From positions 656,660 through 680,659 of the forward strand of contig NZ_CP166625.1 in assembly GCF_041320595.1 (NCBI RefSeq): 24,000 nt of DNA, read 5' to 3'. This DNA is from Pleomorphomonas sp. PLEO (lineage in GTDB: Bacteria > Pseudomonadota > Alphaproteobacteria > Rhizobiales > Pleomorphomonadaceae). Below are positions 15,459 through 23,254 of this stretch, one piece after another; position 1 is the stretch's first letter, and every line of letters starts with the position of its first letter. The notes below the pieces were generated by a model. That model saw nothing but the letters and a program-made list of their open reading frames with translations, did no database searches and was not told the DNA's origin. A program made the translations under genes and the position numbers.

Positions 15459-16346
15459 TCACCCGTTCCCCTCGTCGGGAATTGCCAGGAGGTGACCGCA
15501 GGCCTTGCAATGGACGGCGTCCGGTTCGTGCCGCATGAGCGCGCATTTCGGACAGCGGAACGCGACCTTGTAAGGGCGAAATAGCGCCTGCGCCAAACGC
15601 ACGAACAAAGAGATGCCAACGATCATGGTGACGATGGACGTCAGCTTGCCGATCGTTCCGGGAAGGGTAATGTCGCCGAAGCCGGTGGTGGTAACGGTGG
15701 CGACGGTGAAATAAAGCGCGTCTATCCAGCCCTCCATGCCCGAACCGGGCCGTGCGAAGGCGGTGTAGACGAAGCCCGTTATGACGAAGAGACAGGTGAT
15801 GAGATTGATCGCCGCCCGCCCAACGTCTTCCCACTCCCAGTAGCCTCGCCGACGCAGCGAGCGCCAGAAGACGTCTTTCTGTGACAAGGTCCAAAGGCGA
15901 AGGATACGCAGGAAACCGAGGTTGGCAACCCAGAGGGGGGCCAGCAGCGTTGCCAGCACGATGAAATCCACCCAGACGGATGGTCGTCGCAACCACCGCC
16001 GAAGGCTGATGGCAGCCACAGCCCTTGCCGCCAGGTCGCTGGCGAGCAGGCAAGCCACGGCATAGTCGAACCACAGGAAGGCCCGCCACTCCTGCAGGAC
16101 CGGGCTCAAGATGAAGAAGGCGATGATGATCAGGTCGACTGTGGCAAACGCCCACTGAAAGCGCACCGCCTTGGGATCCGTTCCAACATAGAGCTGGCGC
16201 AGGCGTCGCCGCCAATGTGCCCGGTGAGGCACCTGTTCCGGCGCCACCGCGTGCCGGTGCTGGAATTCGAGAAGCGTCTCGACACTAGGGCCGTCCGACG
16301 TCCGCGCCCCTGGAGTGTCTGACGTGACGGGTGGCTTGGTCGTCAC
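15459..16346 (-). CDS. 6TM voltage-gated-type K+ channel with C-terminal zinc-ribbon, 295 aa
   Basis: Pore helix and selectivity filter WIDALYFTVATVTTTGFGD. Four hydrophobic segments precede the pore module, including an S4-like GFLRILRLWTL...RSLRRR. C-terminal CPKC-x11-CKAC. The GTG start at 16346 is uncertain (AAGGA lies 11 nt upstream). Confidence 0.8.
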   Translation of the reverse strand: MTTKPPVTSDTPGARTSDGPSVETLLEFQHRHAVAPEQVPHRAHWRRRLRQLYVGTDPKAVRFQWAFATVDLIIIAFFILSPVLQEWRAFLWFDYAVACLLASDLAARAVAAISLRRWLRRPSVWVDFIVLATLLAPLWVANLGFLRILRLWTLSQKDVFWRSLRRRGYWEWEDVGRAAINLITCLFVITGFVYTAFARPGSGMEGWIDALYFTVATVTTTGFGDITLPGTIGKLTSIVTMIVGISLFVRLAQALFRPYKVAFRCPKCALMRHEPDAVHCKACGHLLAIPDEGNG

Positions 16347-16499
16347 AATGGATCATATCCTTACGAATGACCGCCTTGGATGGGGAGGATGGCAGTAGAC
16401 GGAGGCCGGTCCGCTCCGCCTCCGAATGTGGCAGTTTCCCGGCAATCCAACCAGCAACCATCGGCTAAGCGATGGGTTCCGCGTCTATCGGCACACCTT

Positions 16500-16825
16500 C
16501 TAAACAGCCGTCGACGGCAGGCGTTATTCTCTGCGCTTTTCAGGCGCGCTCCTGAAACTTGTAACCGGCGCGCTCGCGTGCATGCGAACATGGCTGTGCG
16601 ACTTGAGGTTCGCGGACGTGTCGTCGCGGACCACAAAGGCGGACACCGCCTCAGGCGACCCCGCCCATCCCCTGAGTTGGCTTGCCAACGCGCTCGCTTC
16701 CGCTTCGGGCGGGGGAGGTGGTGACCACCGGAGCCTTCGGCGGCGGCCACGCCATTGTGTCGGGCGAGATGGCGGTCGCAATCGTCGAGGGCTTTGACCC
16801 CATTCGCTTTACACTCAAGGCCTGA
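16500..16825 (+). pseudogene. Frameshifted, 5'-truncated remnant of a 2-keto-4-pentenoate hydratase / MhpD-XylJ-type (FAH-fold) gene
   Basis: Read by hand across three frames. Frame 0 gives MAVRLEVRGRVVADHKGG. Frame 1 gives DTASGDPAHPLSWLANALA. Frame 2 gives LPLRAGEVVTTGAFGGGHAIVSGEMAVAIVEGFDPIRFTLKA*, with the stop at 16823-16825. The pattern G.P...WLAN.L...L.AG.VV.TG....V..G.......G...RF recalls the C-termini of this hydratase/decarboxylase family. At least two frameshifts (about 16640 and 16690) are needed, and no intact N-terminal ~180 aa is present. The left boundary is approximate. Confidence 0.4.
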
Positions 16826-16982
16826 TCGAGCGGTGGCCCTCGATAAAGGTAAAGGAGAACCTAACGCTGCTTTTAGATTTTCTTTGGTCGGCCTTCAGCG
16901 AATACGACTTTCGTATATGTGATCGAAAGCCTATATCAGCGGCGTCGAACAAGGTCGTTCGGCACATGGAAAGGAAACCGAG

Positions 16983-17126
16983 ATGTTCGCCCAGGCTCCC
17001 CTCAACAGGACGTTCCGCGAATCCCGCGCCGTCGAGCGGGGCACCAGCTATGTGCGCGGCTTCGGTTCGGAATTCCGTGAGCGTCAGTATGTCCGCGCTG
17101 GCGGCAGCCGGATCTCCGGTCTCTGA
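16983..17126 (+). CDS. Candidate small basic protein, 47 aa (hypothetical)
   Basis: Too short for the track. Sequence ATG...TGA encodes MFAQAPLNRTFRESRAVERGTSYVRGFGSEFRERQYVRAGGSRISGL. GGAAAGGAAA RBS ends 6 nt upstream. Third-position GC is about 79% (37 of 47 codons, hand count), against about 64% for the overlapping 104-aa antisense ORF. A plus-strand intrinsic terminator follows 36 nt downstream. Confidence 0.4.
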   Translation: MFAQAPLNRTFRESRAVERGTSYVRGFGSEFRERQYVRAGGSRISGL

Positions 17127-17161
17127 CATAGGTGGCTGCTAGCCGAGTTGTTCAGGTCGAG

Positions 17162-17197
17162 CGCCCGATCCGCAAGGATGTCGGGCGTTTTGCTTTT
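17162..17197 (+). terminator. Rho-independent terminator (plus strand)
   Basis: CGCCCGA (17162-17168) / TCGGGCG (17181-17187) stem, followed immediately by TTTTGCTTTT. The U-tract is correct only for the plus strand. Confidence 0.6.
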
Positions 17198-17248
17198 AAA
17201 AAACGCAACAGCAGAGTTGGTCCGCTCCGCACGGGGCGACAAGCCGTC

Positions 17249-18208
17249 TTATTTGCCTGCAGCTTCGGTCTTGCGGCGAGGACGATTAGCGGCCGGCCGT
17301 TGTGCCGGACGGTCTCGCCCGCCCACGACGGTGTGACCGATAAAGTCGCCGTAAAGCGCCGATACCGCATTGAGGCGCGCCTCCACCTCCGGTCCCAGCT
17401 CGGCAAATACCGCGTTGACGATCAGGCCGATCAGGCTTGCCATCGCCGACGTTGCATCCCAAAACTGATCGAAATCGGTGCTGACGGCGAACACCTCGTC
17501 GGCTGCTTCGCTGCCCCAGGTGCAATAGGGATCGGTGATCAGCGTCACGTGCGTACCCGCGTTGCGGGCGGCAATGCCGAGATGGCGGGCGAGGCGCGAA
17601 TAACGGCGACCGTCGATGATCACCAGAGCCGTCTCCGAAGGCGTACCGAGCAAAAGTTCGGCAAAGGTTCCGTCGGCGGCGTCCATCAGATGCACGTTCG
17701 GCCGGAGGTAGGAAAGACCGTGGGCGAGATACTGGGCGTGGCCGCGCTCGGTCTGAAAGCCGGCAACGAAGACCTTATCGGCGCGGGCGAGCCGCGCCGC
17801 CACGGCGCGGAAGGCAGGTTTCGCGGCCAGCTCATGGTTGGCCACAATGGCCGCGATTTCCTTTTCGAGGGCTCGGCTGTCTCCAGTCCGGTTGCGTTCG
17901 GCGAAATCGCGCAATCGGTCGCCAATCAGAAAGGCGCGATCGCCGAGGTCACTCCTGAGCGATGTTTTAAGATCCTTGAAATGGCGGAAGCCGATAGCGC
18001 GACAATAGCGGCCGACAGAGGCTTCGGACACGCCAATCCGGCGGGCAACCGAGCCGGCGGTTTCGAAGGGCAGGCTGGAAAGATCGCTCAAAAAGAAGCC
18101 TGCGATGGCTGCTTCCGTCCGTGTGGCGGCGGCAAGGCTTTCCTCGATGCGGCGCCTAAGGTCGGCGCCTGATCCCGCCGTTTCCTTTGTGCCACGCCGT
18201 TCCTTCAC
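17249..18208 (-). CDS. MurR/RpiR-family transcriptional regulator (HTH_6 + SIS domain), 319 aa
   Basis: RpiR-type HTH AAIAGFFLSDLSSLPFETAGSVARRIGVSEASVGRYCRAIGFRHFKDLK. SIS-like core ADKVFVAGFQTERGHAQYL...ALVIIDGRRYS. Start placed at GTG 18208 (GGGAG RBS 6 nt upstream). The 69-aa extension in the track ORF looks non-coding. Confidence 0.82.
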   Translation of the reverse strand: MKERRGTKETAGSGADLRRRIEESLAAATRTEAAIAGFFLSDLSSLPFETAGSVARRIGVSEASVGRYCRAIGFRHFKDLKTSLRSDLGDRAFLIGDRLRDFAERNRTGDSRALEKEIAAIVANHELAAKPAFRAVAARLARADKVFVAGFQTERGHAQYLAHGLSYLRPNVHLMDAADGTFAELLLGTPSETALVIIDGRRYSRLARHLGIAARNAGTHVTLITDPYCTWGSEAADEVFAVSTDFDQFWDATSAMASLIGLIVNAVFAELGPEVEARLNAVSALYGDFIGHTVVGGRDRPAQRPAANRPRRKTEAAGK

Positions 18209-18323
18209 CCTAAGCTCCCACCTGAATTCGCGGGAACGCTGACAGGGAAATTGCCGGCTGTCAATCTTGCAAAGAAACTTGCAGCAGCCTACCGTTCCCG
18301 GGCTTTTCCCGGAGGTTCCGCCG

Positions 18324-19442
18324 ATGACCCGTTCCCTTCCGCCAATCGAGCGTGCCGAGTTGAGGCTCGTCCGGCTGCCCTTGGTCAACCCCTTCACCAT
18401 CTCCACCGGCACCATGACCGAACGTGTCTTTCCGCTGGTGACGCTTTCTGCCGGCGGTTTGGAAGGCTACGCCGAGGGGGTGATGGATCCGCTACCCGAC
18501 TTTCTCGAGGAGACGATCGCCGGTGCCATGGATCTGATCGGCGAGACCATTCTGCCGTCGATGATGGGGCAATCGTTCGATAACCCGGCCGCTGTCGAAA
18601 GGTTACTCTCTCCATGGCGCGGCAACCGGATGGCGCTCGCCACCGTCGAGATGGCGTTTTGGGATCTGTGGGCCAAATGGCTCGACCTGCCACTCAAGAC
18701 GTTGATCGGTGGTTCGGGCGAGGCGGTTGACGTCGGCGTATCGCTCGGTATCGGTCCGATCGACGGTACGCTGTCGCTGGTGGAGAGCCATGTGGCGCAG
18801 GGCTACAAGCGCATCAAGCTTAAGATCATGCCGGGCCATGACGTCGAACTGTTGGAAGCGGTGCGCCGGGCCTTCCCCAACATCAAGCTGTCGGTCGACG
18901 CCAACAGTGCCTACCGCCTGTCCGATTGGGCGGTGCTCGGCCAGCTCGATAATTTCCACCTTGAATATGTCGAGCAACCGCTGGCCCACGACGACATCGC
19001 CGACCATGCGGTGCTGCAGAGCCGGCTCAAGACGCCCATTTGCCTCGACGAAAGCATCCGCAGTGCTGGTCACGCCCGGCGGGCGCTCCAGGCCGATGCA
19101 ACGCGCGTGATTAACATCAAGGTCGGCCGTGTCGGTGGGCTTGCCGAGGCGATCCGCATCCACGACATCGCCGCCGCCTTCGACGTTCCCGTCTGGTGCG
19201 GCGGCATGCTGGAATCGGGCATCGGCCGCGCTCACAACATCCATCTGTCGACGCTTCCCAACTTCCGTAAGCCCGGCGATACTTCGTCGGCGAGCCGTTA
19301 TTTCCACCGCGACATCATCGTCGAGAAATTGGAGACCGTTGACGGTCGCATGCCTGTACCGGAGGGGCCGGGCATCGGTGTTCACCTTGATCGCGATGCG
19401 CTCGACAACGTCACCCGGTCGGTTCGGGGCTTTTCCGCATGA
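18324..19442 (+). CDS. Enolase-superfamily enzyme of the o-succinylbenzoate synthase / N-succinylamino-acid racemase (OSBS/NSAR) subgroup, 372 aa
   Basis: Muconate-lactonizing-enzyme-subgroup catalytic set: KxK (KRIKLKI), metal ligands in [14 protein letters not shown] and CLDESI, and the second base in [12 protein letters not shown] at 18324 with a GGAGG RBS 8 nt upstream. Confidence 0.82.
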   Translation: MTRSLPPIERAELRLVRLPLVNPFTISTGTMTERVFPLVTLSAGGLEGYAEGVMDPLPDFLEETIAGAMDLIGETILPSMMGQSFDNPAAVERLLSPWRGNRMALATVEMAFWDLWAKWLDLPLKTLIGGSGEAVDVGVSLGIGPIDGTLSLVESHVAQGYKRIKLKIMPGHDVELLEAVRRAFPNIKLSVDANSAYRLSDWAVLGQLDNFHLEYVEQPLAHDDIADHAVLQSRLKTPICLDESIRSAGHARRALQADATRVINIKVGRVGGLAEAIRIHDIAAAFDVPVWCGGMLESGIGRAHNIHLSTLPNFRKPGDTSSASRYFHRDIIVEKLETVDGRMPVPEGPGIGVHLDRDALDNVTRSVRGFSA

Positions 19443-20179
19443 GCTCCATAGATACTCAGCCTGTTATCCGCGATCTTTCGGGCATGGTCGAGTTCCACGC
19501 CGCCGAGGATCTTCAACGCGACGTGTGGGGTCCGGACGACAAGACCGATCCTGGCGATCTGATGATGGTCATTCAGGCCGAGGGGGGACTAGCCGCCGGC
19601 GCCTTTGTTAAGGACCGCCTGATCGGCTACGTCTTCGCCTTCCCAACGGCAACGCCCGGCGTGCAGCATTCGCATCGTCTCGCCGTGCGCGCCGAAGCGC
19701 GTGGCTTGGGGCTCGGCCTGAAGTTGAAGCTCTATCAGGCCGACTGGTGCCTCCAGCGAGGCATACGGCACGTGCGTTGGACCTACGATCCGCTGCGCCT
19801 TCCCAACGCCGCCCTCAACATCGGTCGTCTTGGCGCGACATCAAGCACCTATCACCGCGACTATTACGGGAAAATGGGCGGCATCAACGCAGGTACCGCA
19901 TCCGACCGCTTGCTCGTCGATTGGAGACTGGACGGCGATCGCTACGCCCGATGCCGGGCAGGGGAGGCCGCGCTGACGGCCAGCCAGGTCGCAACTGCCC
20001 GCCGGATCGCCCTACCTTCAGATTTCGCCGGATTGCTTAGAGCCGATCCGGCTGCGGCGAGCGCTGAGCGCCTTAGGGTCCGTGAGGAGATCGAGGCCTC
20101 TCTTGCTGCCGGGTTCGTCATCGCCGGTGTCGATGCCAGGGAACCGGCCTATCTTCTGCAACGTTTACCAATCGAATAG
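19439..20179 (+). CDS. GNAT-fold acyltransferase-like protein (uncharacterised family often found beside NSAR/OSBS genes), 246 aa
   Basis: R-x-x-G-x-G acyl-CoA-binding motif ([11 protein letters not shown]) and a conserved-looking TYDPL...NA.LN..LGA block. The start overlaps the NSAR stop (ATGA at 19439-19442). Confidence 0.6.
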   Translation: MSSIDTQPVIRDLSGMVEFHAAEDLQRDVWGPDDKTDPGDLMMVIQAEGGLAAGAFVKDRLIGYVFAFPTATPGVQHSHRLAVRAEARGLGLGLKLKLYQADWCLQRGIRHVRWTYDPLRLPNAALNIGRLGATSSTYHRDYYGKMGGINAGTASDRLLVDWRLDGDRYARCRAGEAALTASQVATARRIALPSDFAGLLRADPAAASAERLRVREEIEASLAAGFVIAGVDAREPAYLLQRLPIE

Positions 20180-20312
20180 CTCCGCGGCCGCCGCGCAGCG
20201 AGATTGCACCCGTTAGTTCGTCAGATTACACGCTCTATAAAAGGGTTTTTCGTTCCTTCGATAGATTCCGCCAACTTCTTCCGATCATCGTCCTTCTTGA
20301 CTGTGAGATATC

Positions 20313-21719
20313 ATGTCCGTCAGCTTTGGAACGTCGGGTCTTCGTGGCCCGGCTATTGATTTCACAGGCCCTACCACGGCCGCTTATGTACGAGCCTTTC
20401 TGGAAGTAATTTGTTCCGGCGTTTCGTCGCGGACTGTCTACCTTGGTGCCGATCTCAGGGCGTCCAGTCCAGAGATTGCCGGCTATGCCGCGGCCGCCAT
20501 TTCCGCTGCCGGTTGGACGCCTGTTTATGCCGGCAACGTGCCGACCCCGGCGCTGGCTGTATATGCGTTGGCCCGTCAGTCGCCGGCCGTCATGGTGACC
20601 GGTAGCCACATTCCCGAAGACTATAACGGCATCAAATTCTATCGCCCCGATGGCGAATTCCTGAAGGAAGATGAGGCGCCTGTGCGCGACCGCGCCGAAG
20701 CTCTGATTGCCGAGACTCTTTCCGCTGGCGGCGGTAACCTGCCACCTGTTGATCCGGCCATCGCCGAAGCCTATGTCGCCCGCTATACCGACGCCTTCGC
20801 TGGTCGGCCACTTAAGGGGCTACGGGTCGGGCTCGACCTGCATTCGGCTGTGGGCCGTGATCTCACGGGCCGCATTCTCGAGGGCCTGGGCGCCGAGGTG
20901 TTTCCGTTCCGCCGTTCTGACCGCTTCATCGCAGTGGATACCGAAGCACTTGATCCGGAAGATCTTTCCCGCGCCAAGGGCGAGATTGCCGCTCACCGGC
21001 TGGATTCCGTGGTCTCAACCGACGGCGACGGCGACCGTCCCCTGGTGATTGACGAGGCCGGTCGCCAGGTAAATGGCGATGTGCTCGGCATCCTTACGGC
21101 TCGTCGGCTCGGTGCCAAGACCGTGGTGACGCCGATCTCTTCGACATCGGCTATCGAGATGACCGGCTGGTTCGAGACTGTCGTCCGTACCCGCATCGGT
21201 TCCCCTTACGTCGTTGCCGGTATGGCGGCTGCCAAAACGGCACCCGTCGTTGGCTTCGAGGCCAACGGTGGGTTCCTGACCGAAAGTGACATCGCGCTTT
21301 CCGGTGGCTCGCTCGCGCGTCTGCCTACTCGCGATGCCATCTTGCCGATGGTCGCCGCCCTTGTTGCCGCCGCCGAGGCGAAGAGGCCTTTGTCAGCGTT
21401 GGTCGCAGACTTGCCGCCGCGTGTCATGAAGGCCGATCGTCTCAAGAAGATCGCCCCCGCCGATGGGGCAAAGCTGCTGCTTGCCATCGACGGCTCGCGT
21501 GAGGCGCGCGTTGCACTCGATCCGCGTCTCGCAGCGCCGGTGGCCGTCGACCACACCGACGGGCTTCGCCTGGTATTGTCGAACGGTGAGATCGTCCACT
21601 TCCGGCAGTCCGGTAACGCGCCGGAGCTCCGCTGCTATGTCGAGACGGACAGCGCAGCCGCGACCGACGCGTTGCTCGCCGACATGCTGGCCGCCCTCAA
21701 CCGCCATTTCGCCGCCTGA
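20313..21719 (+). CDS. alpha-D-phosphohexomutase family protein (phosphomannomutase/phosphoglucomutase, NoeK-like), 468 aa
   Basis: N-terminal FGTSGLRG. Phosphoserine loop MVTGSHIPEDYNGIKF. Metal loop STDGDGDRPLVID. Sugar loop FEANGGF. Phosphate loop RQSGNAPELRCYVE. Confidence 0.85.
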   Translation: MSVSFGTSGLRGPAIDFTGPTTAAYVRAFLEVICSGVSSRTVYLGADLRASSPEIAGYAAAAISAAGWTPVYAGNVPTPALAVYALARQSPAVMVTGSHIPEDYNGIKFYRPDGEFLKEDEAPVRDRAEALIAETLSAGGGNLPPVDPAIAEAYVARYTDAFAGRPLKGLRVGLDLHSAVGRDLTGRILEGLGAEVFPFRRSDRFIAVDTEALDPEDLSRAKGEIAAHRLDSVVSTDGDGDRPLVIDEAGRQVNGDVLGILTARRLGAKTVVTPISSTSAIEMTGWFETVVRTRIGSPYVVAGMAAAKTAPVVGFEANGGFLTESDIALSGGSLARLPTRDAILPMVAALVAAAEAKRPLSALVADLPPRVMKADRLKKIAPADGAKLLLAIDGSREARVALDPRLAAPVAVDHTDGLRLVLSNGEIVHFRQSGNAPELRCYVETDSAAATDALLADMLAALNRHFAA

Positions 21720-21727
21720 GAGAACCT

Positions 21728-23158
21728 ATGTCCCAAGCATCTCCCAAGATCGTTCCGGTCATTTTGGCGGGCGGCTCCGGCACCCGTCTATGGCCGGCTT
21801 CGCGCGATTCCTTCCCCAAGCAGTTCCAGCCGCTGACGGGCGAGCTTTCGACCTACCAGGAAACGTTGCGGCGCGTGGCTGACCCCACGCTGTTCGACGA
21901 CCCCGTGGTGATCACCTCCGATACCTTCCGCTTCTTCGCCCGCCGCCAAGCGGCCGATGTTGGTGTCAAGGTAACCGTTGTGCTGGAGCCGTCGCGCCGC
22001 GATAGTGCCGCCGCCGTTGCCGCCGCCGCGGCTTTTGTCGAAAAGACGCGCCCAGGCAGCGCGGTGCTGGCGCTGGCCGCCGATCATGTGGTGCTCGACG
22101 ACGAGGTGTTTCGCGACGCCGTCCGGCTTGGTCTCACAGCAGCCGAGGCCGGCAAGATCGTGGTGTTCGGCCTGGTCCCGACCGAGCCGAAGACCGCTTA
22201 CGGCTACATCCGCCCCGGTGCCGCGCTGAATGGCAACGACGATCTCTGCCTCGTTGACGCTTTCGTCGAGAAGCCGGACGCTGCAACTGCGCTCGAGTAT
22301 CTCCGGCAGGGATATCTATGGAATTCGGGCAATTTCCTGTTCAAGGCCAGCCAGATGCTGGCTGAGTTCGGCAAGTTTGCACCCGACATTGTCGCCGCCG
22401 CTTCCGAAGCCGTCGACAAGGCGTCCGAGGACATTGGCTTCGTCCGGCTTGATCCGGACGCCTTTTTGGCAGCGCGCAAGACATCGATCGACTACGCGGT
22501 GATCGAGAAGACGGCGGAGATCGCCGTGGTGAAGGGGCGCTTCCGCTGGTCGGACGTCGGTGCCTGGGATGCCATCTGGCAGGTGAGCGAGCGCGACGAG
22601 GAGGGTAACGCCATCCACGGCGACGGCGTGATCCTCGCCTCACACGATTGCTTGGTTCACAGCCAGGGCATCCTGACGACGGTTGTCGGCGCCGAGGGGC
22701 TTGTCGTGGTGGCGACGCCGGATGCGGTGATGGTCGTGCCACGCGAACAGGCGCAAGCCGTCAAGGGGCTGGTCGATACTCTGAAGGAGCGCGGGCGTGG
22801 CGAGGCGACGCTGCATCGGCGCGACTTCCGTCCCTGGGGCTACATTGAGGCGCTGGTTGGCGGATCGCATTTTGCCGTCAAGCATATCGTGGTCGATCCG
22901 GGTGGGGTGCTGTCGTTGCAGCGTCACCAACATAGGGCCGAGCATTGGGTGGTGGTGAACGGTACGGCGACCATCGAGATCGAGGGTGAAGCGCCGCGTC
23001 TTCTCACCATCAACCAGTCGGCCTATGTGCCGCTTGGCGCCCGTCATCGCCTCTCCAACCGGGGCAAAATCCCGCTGGAGCTGATCGAGGTGCAGTCGGG
23101 TGCCTATCTCGGCGACGACGATATCGAGCGCATCGAGGATATCTACCAGCGAAACTGA
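21728..23158 (+). CDS. manC: Bifunctional mannose-1-phosphate guanylyltransferase / mannose-6-phosphate isomerase (type II PMI-GMP), 476 aa
   Basis: N-terminal nucleotidyltransferase signature VILAGGSGTRLWPASRDSFPKQF. C-terminal cupin QRHQHRAEHWVVVNGTATIEI. Confidence 0.9.
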   Translation: MSQASPKIVPVILAGGSGTRLWPASRDSFPKQFQPLTGELSTYQETLRRVADPTLFDDPVVITSDTFRFFARRQAADVGVKVTVVLEPSRRDSAAAVAAAAAFVEKTRPGSAVLALAADHVVLDDEVFRDAVRLGLTAAEAGKIVVFGLVPTEPKTAYGYIRPGAALNGNDDLCLVDAFVEKPDAATALEYLRQGYLWNSGNFLFKASQMLAEFGKFAPDIVAAASEAVDKASEDIGFVRLDPDAFLAARKTSIDYAVIEKTAEIAVVKGRFRWSDVGAWDAIWQVSERDEEGNAIHGDGVILASHDCLVHSQGILTTVVGAEGLVVVATPDAVMVVPREQAQAVKGLVDTLKERGRGEATLHRRDFRPWGYIEALVGGSHFAVKHIVVDPGGVLSLQRHQHRAEHWVVVNGTATIEIEGEAPRLLTINQSAYVPLGARHRLSNRGKIPLELIEVQSGAYLGDDDIERIEDIYQRN

Positions 23159-23212
23159 GGGCAGACTGTTCAGCTCGCTATCGGTCGGTCGAGCGGATGC
23201 TTTTCAAATTGC

Positions 23213-23254
23213 GGGCAAGCGAGCCTTTTGGGGTCGCTTGCCCGTTTGTCTTTC
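23213..23254 (+). terminator. Rho-independent terminator between convergent manC and the epimerase gene
   Basis: Perfect 10-bp stem GGGCAAGCGA (23213-23222) / TCGCTTGCCC (23234-23243), followed by GTTTGTCTTTC. The tail overlaps the epimerase stop codon. Confidence 0.7.

Noticed and set aside
16815-17129. 104-aa minus-strand ORF (MSETGDPAAAS...).
   Set aside because: It has lower third-position GC than the overlapping plus-strand 47-codon ORF. I saw no RBS. Its C-terminal third runs through AT-rich, structure-forming sequence. The only terminator nearby is plus-strand specific. It is not fully excluded.
18266-18283. Direct repeat CTTGCA-N6-CTTGCA in the RpiR/NSAR divergent region, as a possible operator or promoter.
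   Set aside because: These are short hexamers with no symmetric partner, and the candidate -10 elements are poor. It is plausible as a -35 element, but there is not enough evidence to annotate it.
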